Positions 33,239 through 43,987 of a DNA stretch of 64,000 nucleotides are shown one piece after another. The stretch covers positions 8,256,001-8,320,000 of the forward strand of contig OY762007.1 of NCBI GenBank assembly GCA_963665115.1. The letters are read 5' to 3'. Numbering within the stretch: position 1 is the first letter of the stretch; each line of letters opens with the position of its first letter. A program made the position numbers and the translations under genes. The notes under the pieces were generated by a model. It was not told the origin of the DNA. It did no database searches and saw only the letters and a program-made list of their open reading frames with translations. The stretch is from an uncultured Rivularia sp. (GTDB lineage: Bacteria; Cyanobacteriota; Cyanobacteriia; Cyanobacteriales; Nostocaceae).

Positions 33239-34777
33239 CTAACTCTTGACAATATATGGTGAATCAATTTCTCTGGCTTTTCCGATTAGCACTAATACTT
33301 GATATACCATTGCTGATGCTTCTGCGCGGGTTGCGGCTCGATTTGGGTTGAGTTTTTCTATGTTGGGATAGTTGACGATAAGTTGATTTTGAGTGGCTGC
33401 TGATACTTCGTTTTTGCTGTCGTTGGGAATTTGATTGCTGTCGCGATATATATTCAGGTCAATTTCTATTTCATTTCTTAATCCCAATCCGTTCGCTAGG
33501 GAGACAATAACTTGTATGCGGGGAATGTTTTGATTAGGAAGGAATTTTTGACCTGGATATACGGAGATTAATTTCCCCTGGTATGCTTGTTTAATTGCTT
33601 GATGCGCCCAGAAGCTTTTTTTTACATCCTTGAATTGTATTGCTTCCCGCAAAGTCAGAGGGTTAAAGGCTTTGACTAGTAATGCAGCATATTGCGATCG
33701 CGTTATTGTTGCATCTGGCCTAAAGGTTCGATTGGGAAATCCTTTAACTATTTCTAATTTAATTAATTCTTGTATAAATTCAGCCGCCCAATGTCCGTTT
33801 ATATCTGTTAAATTGCTTATTTTAGCTTGCGGTTTCGGTTGGGAAATTGGCTCTGGTTCTAATTCCGATTCTACTTCTGGTTGCGGCTCTGGTTGCGGCT
33901 CTGGTTCAGCATCTGCGAAAAACTGTATGTTCCCATTTACATTCGCTACTTCTACTTGATTATCTATAGAAATCAGTTTGTTAATGCTAGCGTTTTGAAT
34001 ATCAAACTGACCGTTATTACCAAAAATGTTGTTTCCCGAACTCCTACTGTTTCCAATATCCGGTAAAGCATTTGCTACAACAGTTAAACCGTCTTGAATG
34101 TTATTTTCGCATACATTTTCTCGTAAAACTGGACGAGCGTCGCCAGAAACAACTATTCCAGAACGGTTTTCATAAATTTTATTATTGATAATTTTGGTAG
34201 TAGCATTATCAGAAATAGATATACCAAAACCTGTATTGAAACAACTATTACCTATAATTTCACCGCCGGAATTTTTGGTAATTGAAATACCGTTAGCAGA
34301 ATTCTGAGTAAATATATTGTCTTTGATTGTGGGATTAGCATTACCAGTAACAAAAACTCCTTCACGCTCGGAGTTGATGAAGGTACAATTTACAACTGCG
34401 GGTGAAGACGATTCAATCCAAACAGCAGTACCCCGACTGGCTAAATTTGTTACTGTTACACCTCGGAGCCGAGAAGCATTACTTAATACCACAGTTATAT
34501 TTTGACGACCAAATATATGGCTAATATATTCACCAGTACCATCAATTACAATACCGCTTCCGATGTTTACTTCATTACCTATAATTGTGACTCCAAATGG
34601 AACTATTAAAGGAAAAACTTCACCAGTAATAGCGCTGTAACTACCTCCTGCAAGCTGTATTTTTGTTCCCGATGCAGATTGTTTAAGAGCTTGAGTAATT
34701 GTTTTTAATGGTGCTTGTTGGCTACCTGAGTTACTATTATTGCCAGTAGTCGGATTTACATAAATTAATTTAAGCAT
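33239..34777 (-). CDS. DUF1565 beta-helix protein with C-terminal SLH domains
   Basis: YVNP..G......G....P.KTITQAL, GEVFPL; DI.GHWA, GFPNRTFRPD..ITR, ATRAE. Confidence 0.88.
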   Translation of the reverse strand: MLKLIYVNPTTGNNSNSGSQQAPLKTITQALKQSASGTKIQLAGGSYSAITGEVFPLIVPFGVTIIGNEVNIGSGIVIDGTGEYISHIFGRQNITVVLSNASRLRGVTVTNLASRGTAVWIESSSPAVVNCTFINSEREGVFVTGNANPTIKDNIFTQNSANGISITKNSGGEIIGNSCFNTGFGISISDNATTKIINNKIYENRSGIVVSGDARPVLRENVCENNIQDGLTVVANALPDIGNSRSSGNNIFGNNGQFDIQNASINKLISIDNQVEVANVNGNIQFFADAEPEPQPEPQPEVESELEPEPISQPKPQAKISNLTDINGHWAAEFIQELIKLEIVKGFPNRTFRPDATITRSQYAALLVKAFNPLTLREAIQFKDVKKSFWAHQAIKQAYQGKLISVYPGQKFLPNQNIPRIQVIVSLANGLGLRNEIEIDLNIYRDSNQIPNDSKNEVSAATQNQLIVNYPNIEKLNPNRAATRAEASAMVYQVLVLIGKAREIDSPYIVKS

Positions 34778-35300
34778 ATTATATTAATACTTTTTCACTT
34801 ACGTTGAAATATTACCGCGAATAATCTCAGTATGCTGGTAGCGTTGATAGCATAAGTTGAATTAAAAAGAGGCGGTTTTCCCCGTCTGAGGTTTGATACT
34901 AATAAAAATTGCACGGGCAAAGATGCCCATCCTACAAAAATGTATTTGTTTGTTCTTTGCCGATCTATATCAAATCCGGTTACACCGGAATGATAAAAAA
35001 CGCAGAGAATTCAGAGCAGGCAGAAGAAGAAGAGAGAGTAAATTTAAATAATTCCGATACAAACGGAAAAGATATTATTTGTAATCAAATGCTACTTAAA
35101 CAAAAGAGAAATTGACTTGGAATACACTCTCATTGTAATCGCGGTCGCCACCATTTTCTAAGACTTCAAATCCGATGGTATTATCATCTAATAAGGCTTT
35201 GATATTTTTAGGCTAAAAATCGCTAAACTTTCTATCAGGTCAATTAATTTGTCACTCTATAATTGAGGAAACAGCCGAATTATTGTACCTGGAGAGTTCT

Positions 35301-35567
35301 ATGAGTGGATTAATAATATTTATTAATTTTTTGCTTGGTGGATTTATTCTGATAGATTCCGTTCTAATAATTTATACAGCTATCTATTTCAAATCAAAAC
35401 AGTCAAAGCTTAGTGGAAATATTTACAGCAATCCTGAAAAATTTAGGATGGAAATTATTAAAATGACTTACATAACCGTACTAACGACTGGGAATATTCT
35501 TTTCGCTATTTCTGCAAGTACTTTAATAATCAACCAAAAATTAAATAACCTTTTGAAGCTATTTTAA
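35301..35567 (+). CDS. Small hypothetical membrane protein
   Basis: GGAG RBS then ATG at 35301; two hydrophobic segments; very AT-rich. Confidence 0.4.
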   Translation: MSGLIIFINFLLGGFILIDSVLIIYTAIYFKSKQSKLSGNIYSNPEKFRMEIIKMTYITVLTTGNILFAISASTLIINQKLNNLLKLF

Positions 35568-35636
35568 AATAATTTTTGCCTAAGCCCTGATAGTAGGTTT
35601 TACATTAAGTATTTAAAATTCTCAATAAAATATTCC

Positions 35637-36422
35637 TTACGGTAACTTTGTTCCGCAGGCTTTACAAAACTTTGCATCTTCGTCATGCAAATCTAAACCG
35701 CATTTAGAACAAATTGTTTCTACTTCATTTGCAGTTTTAATTATTCGCTTAATTAAGTCACCTATTTGCCAAGGAACCAGTGCGATACCTGTTAAAATCA
35801 TCAAAACTGTCAAAAGACGACCAACTTGTGAAACTGGAGTAACGTCACCAAATCCTACAGTTGTCATTGTGACGATTGAAAAATACATCGCATCCACAAA
35901 AGTAGTAAATACTTGCGGATTTACGGGATGTTCTACTTGATAAATTAAGCCTGAGTAGATAAAGACAATCGCAAATAAAGTAAATAATATTCTTGTAAAA
36001 ATAGTGCCGTCTTCGGTAGTAATATTACCAAATATAAATCTTCGATCGATATATCTAATTAATCGTAAAATTCGGAACCATCGTAATAAGCGAATATAGC
36101 TAATATCAATAGTTCCCATAAAAAAGGGTAGTATTGCAATTAAATCAATAATTGAATATAAACTAAAAATATACTGGATTCTATTTTCCGCACTCCACAA
36201 CCGTAATAGATATTCTGCTGCGAAAATATTGAGAATTAATATATCAAGAATATTGAGAGCAAAGCTGACTGATTCAGAAATATGATATGTTTGTGCTACA
36301 AAAATTCCTGAAGATAGCATCACTAACATGACAATTACAAGATTAATCGTTTTGCCTAACGGTGTTTCTAAGTCTTTTAAATAGAAATTCGTATTTTCTC
36401 TGTTAATTACCATGTTGAACAT
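35637..36422 (-). CDS. Voltage-gated-type K+ channel (ion transporter) with C-terminal zinc ribbon
   Basis: S4-like RLLRWFRILRLIR, TMTTVGFGD filter, CxxC...CxxC. Confidence 0.9.
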   Translation of the reverse strand: MFNMVINRENTNFYLKDLETPLGKTINLVIVMLVMLSSGIFVAQTYHISESVSFALNILDILILNIFAAEYLLRLWSAENRIQYIFSLYSIIDLIAILPFFMGTIDISYIRLLRWFRILRLIRYIDRRFIFGNITTEDGTIFTRILFTLFAIVFIYSGLIYQVEHPVNPQVFTTFVDAMYFSIVTMTTVGFGDVTPVSQVGRLLTVLMILTGIALVPWQIGDLIKRIIKTANEVETICSKCGLDLHDEDAKFCKACGTKLP

Positions 36423-36680
36423 AATTTAACTACCGTAAAATATAGAATCCTACTTGATTTCTGTTAGCGGAGCCTGCTCTACGGGTATAACACACCCTAC
36501 AATATTTAATTATTTCAATTATCAAATCGGATTGCTAGATCGTTTATAGCTTTACATACAAAATTGACTCAACTTATTCAAGCAAACGATACCGTTATAT
36601 AATACTTTTGATAAAAAATACCAATAATCAAAAACCCGCTTTTTTACAAAAAACGGGTTTATCAATAAAAATGCGCTGTA

Positions 36681-37344
36681 TCAATCCAAATCTTCCAAAT
36701 AAGATAAAAACGAATTTGCAAAAATTGCTGCTTGGGTTTCTGTCTCGTAATTCTAAACGGTTCAATATATTAGTAACGTGATTTTTTACCGTACCTTCGG
36801 AAATATAGAGTTTCTGAGCAATTTCTCGGTTATTTGCACCTGTTGCAATCAAACGTAATACTTCTTTTTCTCTTTTTGTAAGTTCCGCTAAACTTGCTGG
36901 TGGGGAAGATGATTGAGTTGCTACGGTTGCAGGGAATTGGGTTAAAAGTTTTTTGACAATTCCCGGCCCTAATTGAGTGTATCCTCTATGTATGGCACGA
37001 ATGGCAACAGCTAATTCTTCTGAAGGTGTATCTTTGAGTAAATAACCCATTGCTCCATGCTGCAATGCTGCTTTAATATATTCGTCATCATCAAAGGTTG
37101 TTAGTACCAAAATTTTGGTTTGAGCAAATTTACTTTTGATCTCTCGGGTTGCAGCAACACCATCCATAATCGGCATTCTAATGTCCATTAATATTACATC
37201 CGGCTGTAATTTTTCAGCCAATTCAACTGCTTGTTGACCATTTTCTGCTTCTCCAACAATTTCTAAATCTGGTTCTAATTCTAATAGGGTTTTTAATCCT
37301 TGACGAATCAAATGTTGGTCATCTACAATTATTACGCTAATCAT
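36681..37344 (-). CDS. NarL/LuxR family response regulator; +1 frameshift at ~36737-36739
   Basis: VDDQ, DVILMDIRMP, LTKREKEVL, TVKNHV; removing one base restores RDRTQAAIFA...LD* (220 aa). Confidence 0.92.
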
Positions 37345-37452
37345 ATTTTGTCTTGGTAATTGATAATTGGTAATTGGTAATTGATAATTCGCACCAACTA
37401 CCAATTGTGACATTTATGTAAGTCCCGTTTATTTTATTTATTTGCATCAAAA

Positions 37453-38655
37453 CTAAGGAAGCGAAAACCTTGATAAAGGAATATCAACCATAATTTTAGT
37501 ACCTTTACCGGGAAGACTTTTAATATGAAAATTACCATCTAATGCTAAAGTGCGATCGCGCATACTTTGCAGTCCGAAACCTGTCGTATTTTGGGTTACG
37601 TCAAAACCTTTTCCGTTATCTTCAACGATCAAATACAAATTTGTGGCTGCTGTAGTTATTTCTAAGTTAACTTCTGTAGCTTTTGCATATTTAGAGATAT
37701 TTGTCAATGATTCTTGGATAATTCGATAAATAGCTGTACTAATATCGCGAGGTATCGAATAAAATATATTAATTTGACGATTTGGGTTAATACCTGTGGA
37801 ATGATTAAAATTTTCGATTAGTACGTTAATAGATGTTTCTAAAGATTGTTCTTGTAAAGGATTGGAACGCATTTTAGAAACAGATTCTCGGACATCTTTT
37901 AATGCTTGAGAACCTAATTCTTTAGCTCTAATTAAAAAATCTTTAGCTTTTTCTGGATTGGTGTTTAATAATTTGTTAGCGGTTTCAAGCTGTAAATTTA
38001 AAGCTGTTAAAGAATGTCCCAAAGAATCGTGAATCTCTCGCGCAATACGATTTCTTTCTTCGAGAGTAGCTTGGTTTTCAATTTTTAAAGCATACTGACG
38101 CAACTTTTCGTTGGCAGCAGTTAATTTATCTCTACTTTCTCGTTCGGAAAGTACCGCATTCATTAATAATAAAACAAAAACCAAGGCTAATACAAATAAT
38201 GCTATAAAGCTAAATTGAAAGAACCATAGTTTTTGTAATCTTCGAGGTGATACATTAGGAAACCTCATTCTGAAGGTTATTAAAAATAAAGAAAAAGAAA
38301 TTCCTGAAACAACTAAGCGTCCGGGAAGTTGAAAAATTAAGCAACTGCGAGTCACTAATATTAAATTGAGGAACGGAAATAATCTTGATGTTCTGCCACC
38401 AAAAAAGTTGGTGATAAAAATCAATAAGATTTCACAAACTGTATAAATAATTTTGTTTTTTCGATTATTGGTAGGTAATCTTAAACCCATTAACCCAAAA
38501 ATAGTTAAACTAATAACCATTAATTCGGGATAGCTTGTCTGGAATCTTTGTACGGGATTTATCGTTGAAGCAATTGCTGCAAATCCCAACAATACCCACT
38601 CTAAATAAAGTAAAAATTTGAAAGGATGATTTTTTACGTCAATAGCGCGATTCAT
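37453..38655 (-). CDS. Membrane sensor histidine kinase (HisKA_3)
   Basis: Several TM helices, ERNRIAREIHDSLGH, QESLTN, DNGKGF, GFGL..M. Confidence 0.93.
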   Translation of the reverse strand: MNRAIDVKNHPFKFLLYLEWVLLGFAAIASTINPVQRFQTSYPELMVISLTIFGLMGLRLPTNNRKNKIIYTVCEILLIFITNFFGGRTSRLFPFLNLILVTRSCLIFQLPGRLVVSGISFSLFLITFRMRFPNVSPRRLQKLWFFQFSFIALFVLALVFVLLLMNAVLSERESRDKLTAANEKLRQYALKIENQATLEERNRIAREIHDSLGHSLTALNLQLETANKLLNTNPEKAKDFLIRAKELGSQALKDVRESVSKMRSNPLQEQSLETSINVLIENFNHSTGINPNRQINIFYSIPRDISTAIYRIIQESLTNISKYAKATEVNLEITTAATNLYLIVEDNGKGFDVTQNTTGFGLQSMRDRTLALDGNFHIKSLPGKGTKIMVDIPLSRFSLP

Positions 38656-38899
38656 AAGCCTTTTTTGTCTTAATAATTATTACTAATTAGGTGTACCAGT
38701 TTCCGCAAACCCGGTTTCTAGTCGTGGAAACATTATTATTACGTTGTGAAATCATCAAGAAACTGGGTTTCTTTGAGCTTAACGATAATGGTGTAAGATA
38801 TCAGATTTAAAAAACTTTCGCTATTAGAGGCGGATTTGTAACCCCTGCTTAACAAAGGGTTTGGGAGATTAATCAATAGTAAACAACGATCCAAATCCG

Positions 38900-39025
38900 A
38901 AACCATGACTTTGGTAATGGTTTGACACATGACTTTATCTAGATATCTTTCTCCGATTACTCGTTACTTTTTACTCATGCGACTACTGAGAGTTTGATTC
39001 TATGATGGTGACATCGAACAAAACA
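38900..39025 (+). promoter_or_regulatory. Putative response-regulator boxes and -10 element upstream of the first Spy/CpxP gene
   Basis: AAACCATGAC-TTTG-GTAATGGTTT imperfect palindrome, second CATGACTTT at 38928, TACTCATG at 38972, TATGAT at 39001. Confidence 0.5.
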
Positions 39026-39042
39026 AACCCAGGAAATCTGAC

Positions 39043-39831
39043 ATGATTAAAAAATTATCTTTCTTAGCCGGTGCGATCGCTTTGACAATAAGTGCAATTC
39101 CTTTTGCAGCCCAAGCTCAAATTAACTCTTCCGAGCAAATTGTTGTTGCTCAAGGTAAAAAGCAAGGAGGATGGAAGAGTAAGTTAAATTTGACTGACGC
39201 GCAGAAAGCTCAAATGCAGGAAATTAAAAAGAGCGCTCGTGCAGAAATGCAGCAAATTTTAACTCCAGAACAATTACAGAAATTAGAAGCAGCAAAAGCC
39301 AGTGGAGAGAAGAAACGCGGAGTATGGCGCTCTTTGAATTTGACTGACGCTCAAAAAGCAGAAATGAAGAAAGTTAGAGAATCAAAGAAAGCTGCTTTTG
39401 AAGCAATTCTAACTGACGAACAAAAAGCTCAAATGCAAGAAATGAAGCAAATGCGACAAAATCGTCGCGGCAACCGTCAGCAAAACAAAGGATATAAAGG
39501 ACAAGGCAAATTTAATCGCTTGAATTTGACTGACGCACAGAAAACTCAAATGCAGGAAATTAAGAAAAGTGCTCGTGCAGAAATGCAAGAAATCTTAACT
39601 CCAGAACAATTGCAAAAATTAGAAGCAGCCAAAGCTAGTGGAGAGAAGAAACGCGGAGTATGGCGCTCTTTAAATTTGACTGACGCTCAAAAAGCAGAAA
39701 TGAAAAAAATTAAAGAATCTAAAAAAGCTCAATTTGAAGCGATTTTAACCGACGAGCAAAAAGCTCAAATGCAAGAAATGAAGCAAATGCGCCAAAACCG
39801 TCGCGGCAATCGTCAACAACGCTCCAGCTAA
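39043..39831 (+). CDS. Spy/CpxP family periplasmic chaperone with internal tandem duplication
   Basis: Signal peptide (AQA), repeated LTxxQ motifs. Confidence 0.85.
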   Translation: MIKKLSFLAGAIALTISAIPFAAQAQINSSEQIVVAQGKKQGGWKSKLNLTDAQKAQMQEIKKSARAEMQQILTPEQLQKLEAAKASGEKKRGVWRSLNLTDAQKAEMKKVRESKKAAFEAILTDEQKAQMQEMKQMRQNRRGNRQQNKGYKGQGKFNRLNLTDAQKTQMQEIKKSARAEMQEILTPEQLQKLEAAKASGEKKRGVWRSLNLTDAQKAEMKKIKESKKAQFEAILTDEQKAQMQEMKQMRQNRRGNRQQRSS

Positions 39832-39892
39832 TTAATTCAACTCTTTTTTAAATATATTTTTTCAAAAAGTTAGATTTTCCGCGTTCATTTTA

Positions 39893-39928
39893 GAAAAAGG
39901 GATTGTCGAATCCCTTTTTCTTTTTTTT
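39893..39928 (+). terminator. Intrinsic terminator
   Basis: GAAAAAGGGATT-GTCG-AATCCCTTTTTC followed by T8. Confidence 0.8.
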
Positions 39929-40061
39929 GTTAAAATTCTGCTAAGGTAAATAAAAAAACCAAGATAGAAAAATCCAATTTAACGTGGATTATACTCATGG
40001 GCTTTGGGCAATGAGTTTCTATAATGGTTACATCAAAAAGCATAAATCCACGAGGCATTTA

Positions 40062-40496
40062 ATGAAGCTTAAAAAATTATCTCTCTTAGCTGGTGCGATC
40101 GCAGTCGCTTTTAGTATCACTCCGTTAGCAGCAAACGCTCAAGTGAACTCAAATGCACCACAAAGAGTTGCTCAAGCAAATCGTCCAAGTCCCCCAGATT
40201 TAAAGTTATCTCAGGCGCAAATCAACAAAATAACCCAAATTCGCTCCCAAGCTCGCGATCAAATCCAAGCCGTTCTCACAGCAGAACAAAAGAATAAAAT
40301 CCAAACTGATTTGCAAGCAGGTAAGCCTCCTCAGCAGGTTTTTGCATCCATTCAATTTACTAAGCCACAGGAGGAAGAACTACGAAATATTATGGAAGGC
40401 TCCCAAAGAAATATGGAAGGAGTCTTGGATGCTAAGCAGAAGAAAATTTTAAACGAATGGCGTGCTAGCCAAACCAGACAAAGACCAAAAAAGTAA
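40062..40496 (+). CDS. Second Spy/CpxP-like periplasmic protein (start at 40062)
   Basis: Signal peptide paralogous to the preceding gene (KKLS.LAGAIA), LSxxQ/LTxEQ motifs. Confidence 0.8.
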   Translation: MKLKKLSLLAGAIAVAFSITPLAANAQVNSNAPQRVAQANRPSPPDLKLSQAQINKITQIRSQARDQIQAVLTAEQKNKIQTDLQAGKPPQQVFASIQFTKPQEEELRNIMEGSQRNMEGVLDAKQKKILNEWRASQTRQRPKK

Positions 40497-40748
40497 GCCA
40501 ATAGTTTAATTTGGATAGCAGCATTTGGGGTGGGCAATTTTAATTTTGTCCGCCTTTTTTATTTTAGGGAGTGGGGAGTAGGGAGTCGGGGAGGGGGTAG
40601 AGGGGGAAGAGTGGGGAGAGGGGGTAGAAATAACTTCTAAACTCCGCGAGCTGTACAGACGTAGCAGTGCTACGTCTCTACACTCCTAACTCCTAACTCT
40701 TAACTCCTACTCCCTATTCCCTGTTGCCCGTTCCCCGTTCCCAATCCT

Positions 40749-42290
40749 ATGATCAATACAAAAAGCTGGATACTCGCCGTTTTTATTGCAATAAGCTTAA
40801 CTAATTCAAGCTGCGATGCAATTTCTGCCAATCAACTTACTGCCGACAGTAAAATCATTCAGGTTGAAAATCCTCAACTTGAAAACTCAAAAATAGTTCA
40901 TGTAATTAATCGTCTCAGTTTTGGTGCTACTCCCGGCGATATAGAAAAAGTCCAAGAAATTGGCATCGATAAATATATCCAACAACAACTGACACCTGAA
41001 TCTATACCCGAACCCCAAAGCTTAAAAAATAAACTTTCTCAGCTGCAAACTTTACGTTTAACTCCCGCACAATTATATTCGCAATACAGCATCAGTCGCT
41101 TACCAAAACCCACCCCGGAAATAAGAAAACAAAGGCGAAAAAAAGAAAGATTAATTCGCCAACAAGCCGTAAAAGCACGATTGCTGCGAGCGACAGAAAG
41201 CCCCCAGCAGTTGCAAGAAGTAATGGTAGATTTTTGGTACAACCACTTCAACGTATACCAAAATAAAGGACAAACCCGTTTATGGATAGGAGCTTACGAA
41301 GAGCAAGCAATTAGACCTCATGTTTTCGGTAAATTCCGCGATTTATTAGGTGCAACCGCTCGTCATCCAGCAATGTTGTTTTATTTGGATAACTGGCAAA
41401 ATACCGCTCCTAACAATCGTCCCAAAGGCAGATTTAAAGGCTTAAACGAAAATTACGCTCGCGAATTAATGGAACTTCATACCCTGGGTGTTGACGGTGG
41501 TTACACTCAAGAAGACGTAATTACCTTAGCGAAAATATTTACCGGTTGGGGCTTTCGTCGTCCCGGCCCCAAGTTAAAAAATGGCTATGATTTTTACTTT
41601 AATGACAAACGTCATGACTTCACTGATAAAGTTTTTTTAAGTAAAGAAATTAAGGGAAGCGGCATCGCAGAAGGAGAACAAGCCTTAGATATTTTGGCAA
41701 AACATCCAGCAACCGCTCGTCGGATCGGTTACAAGCTAGCTCAGTATTTTGTTACGGATGAACCACCCAAGACTTTAGTAGACAAATTATCGAAAAGCTA
41801 CTTAGCAACAGATGGTGACATTCGCGCCGTACTAACAACTTTATTTAAGAGTCCCGAATTTTGGGATACCAAATATTACAAAGCCAAATTTAAAACCCCA
41901 TATCAATATGTAATTTCCAGCATTAGAGCCACCGACACACCAATCAAAGACTTCCCCAGAATAAACAGCATATTACATAGAATGGGAATGCCCTTATACG
42001 GAAATCAAAGTCCAGACGGATATAAAAACACTCAAGAAGCTTGGTTAAATCCCAACGGTATTAATTGGAGATTAAGCTTCGCAAATACAATAGGTAGAGG
42101 GGGATTAAAAAATAGAAACACAAATAATAAAAATAAACCCCGTCGTACCAACAACCCAGTTGATTTTACAGAATTAACAAACACCCTGGGAAACAACTTT
42201 TCCCCTAAAACCCAAGAAGTTATCAACACCAGCCCCCCCAAACAACGAGCCGTGATTATTTTGGGTAGCCCAGAATTTATGTACCGATAA
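40749..42290 (+). CDS. DUF1800 family exported protein
   Basis: RLSFG, FWYNHF, PAMLFYLDN, NENYARELMELHTLG, SPEF. Confidence 0.92.
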   Translation: MINTKSWILAVFIAISLTNSSCDAISANQLTADSKIIQVENPQLENSKIVHVINRLSFGATPGDIEKVQEIGIDKYIQQQLTPESIPEPQSLKNKLSQLQTLRLTPAQLYSQYSISRLPKPTPEIRKQRRKKERLIRQQAVKARLLRATESPQQLQEVMVDFWYNHFNVYQNKGQTRLWIGAYEEQAIRPHVFGKFRDLLGATARHPAMLFYLDNWQNTAPNNRPKGRFKGLNENYARELMELHTLGVDGGYTQEDVITLAKIFTGWGFRRPGPKLKNGYDFYFNDKRHDFTDKVFLSKEIKGSGIAEGEQALDILAKHPATARRIGYKLAQYFVTDEPPKTLVDKLSKSYLATDGDIRAVLTTLFKSPEFWDTKYYKAKFKTPYQYVISSIRATDTPIKDFPRINSILHRMGMPLYGNQSPDGYKNTQEAWLNPNGINWRLSFANTIGRGGLKNRNTNNKNKPRRTNNPVDFTELTNTLGNNFSPKTQEVINTSPPKQRAVIILGSPEFMYR

Positions 42291-42550
42291 TCAATTGGGG
42301 ATTGGGGATTGGGCATGGGGCATTGGTAATTGGTAATTGGTAATTGGTAATTGGTAATTGGTAATTGGTAATTGGTAATTGGTAATTGGTAAAAAGTTAG
42401 GAATTAAAAATGTAGTGGGAGCGTCTCGCTCCCTGATAATAATAAGGTTTTAAATTTCCCTTCATCCCCTTATCTCCCCATCCCCTTGTCTCCTCTCCCC
42501 CCATCTCCCAATCCCAATGCCCAATGCCCTATCCCCTATCCCCAATTCTT

Positions 42551-43774
42551 ATGAAAAGACGTAAATTCATCCAGCAAGCCGGAATCTTCTCTGCTTCGAG
42601 TTTAGTTGCAGTTGGAGCTAATGCTTGGTTTAGTAGAAGTATTTCAGCCACTCCCAACTCGAAACGTTTGATCGTTATCTTTCTGCGGGGTGCGGTTGAT
42701 GGACTTAGCGTAGTGGTTCCCTATACCGAAAACGCATATTATCAAGCTAGAAAAAGAATTGCTATTCCCCAACCAGATAAACTTGGTGGTGTATTAGATT
42801 TAGATGGGAAATTTGGACTGCATCCGAGTCTTGCTGCTTTAATGCCTTTATGGAAGCAGAAAAATCTGGCTTTTGTTCACGCTTGCGGCTCTCCAGACTC
42901 TACTCGTTCCCATTTTGACGCTCAAGAATATATGGAAACTGGTACACCTGGAATTAAAAGTACTAAAGATGGTTGGATGAATCGACTTTTGGCTTTAATG
43001 TCTGTAGAAAACAATCCCATACAAGCTGTAAACGTAGGTTCTACTATTCCCAGAATTTTAGCTGGAAATGCTCCTATTGCGACTATTCCGACAGGGCGTA
43101 GGGTTGCTAAACGCTTACCTATAGATAATCCCCAATTAACAACCGCATTCGATAAATTATACAGCGGTAATGATACCTTAAGTAAAACCTATCGCGATGC
43201 ACGAGAATCCCGCAAAGCCTTAATGGAATCGGATGTTGAAATGCAGTTAGCCAACAACGGCGCACCCTTACCCAAAGGTTTCTCCAGGGATGCCCAACGT
43301 TTAGCAAAATTGATGGTACGCGATTCTAGAATTGAACTAGCATTTTTAGCTTTGGGTGGTTGGGATACTCACATCAATCAAGGAAATGCAAAAGGACAAT
43401 TAGCACAGCGCTTGCAAGGCTTGGGAGATGGTTTAGCGACTTTACAGAAAGAATTAGGTGAAGTGTACAAAGATACTAATATCGTCGTACTATCCGAATT
43501 TGGACGTACAGTCAAAGAAAACGGCAATGGCGGCACAGATCACGGACATGGTAATGTTATGTGGTTGTTGGGAGGTAACATTCAGGGTGGTCAAATTTAC
43601 GGAGAATTCCCTGGCTTGTCGAGCGATCGCCTGCACGAAGGAAGAGATTTAGCAGTAACAACTGATTTCAGAGACGTTATTTCTACAGTTTTACAGCGTC
43701 ACATCAACTTAGATAAAACAAGTATCAGTAAAATATTTCCTAATTACCAACCTGAATCAATACTTAGGGTTTGA
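42551..43774 (+). CDS. DUF1501 family Tat-exported protein
   Basis: KRRKFI Tat motif, LRGAVDGL, RSHFDAQ, GGWDTH, SEFGRT, GTDHG. Confidence 0.92.
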   Translation: MKRRKFIQQAGIFSASSLVAVGANAWFSRSISATPNSKRLIVIFLRGAVDGLSVVVPYTENAYYQARKRIAIPQPDKLGGVLDLDGKFGLHPSLAALMPLWKQKNLAFVHACGSPDSTRSHFDAQEYMETGTPGIKSTKDGWMNRLLALMSVENNPIQAVNVGSTIPRILAGNAPIATIPTGRRVAKRLPIDNPQLTTAFDKLYSGNDTLSKTYRDARESRKALMESDVEMQLANNGAPLPKGFSRDAQRLAKLMVRDSRIELAFLALGGWDTHINQGNAKGQLAQRLQGLGDGLATLQKELGEVYKDTNIVVLSEFGRTVKENGNGGTDHGHGNVMWLLGGNIQGGQIYGEFPGLSSDRLHEGRDLAVTTDFRDVISTVLQRHINLDKTSISKIFPNYQPESILRV

Positions 43775-43987
43775 GATAATGCTGCATATATAGCGCTTTT
43801 CACGTTTGAGGAATATTTCGGAACCTCACCCCCTTCCCCTCTCCTTATTAAGGAGAAGGGTGTCCAGAGGGACGGGGTGAGGTTTATCTGTATTGCATCC
43901 CGCAGGTAAACTGCTATATTTATTACTTTTTCAACAAGCCCTAAATAATCTTCCTTTTTTTCATTTATTCCTAACTCCTAACTCTTA

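Noticed and set aside
34909..35115. 68-aa ORF
   Set aside because: Runs through REP and other intergenic repeat elements; no start context or motif
37345..37413. N-terminal extension [12 protein letters not shown] of the response regulator
   Set aside because: STRR translation; the receiver domain starts at 37344
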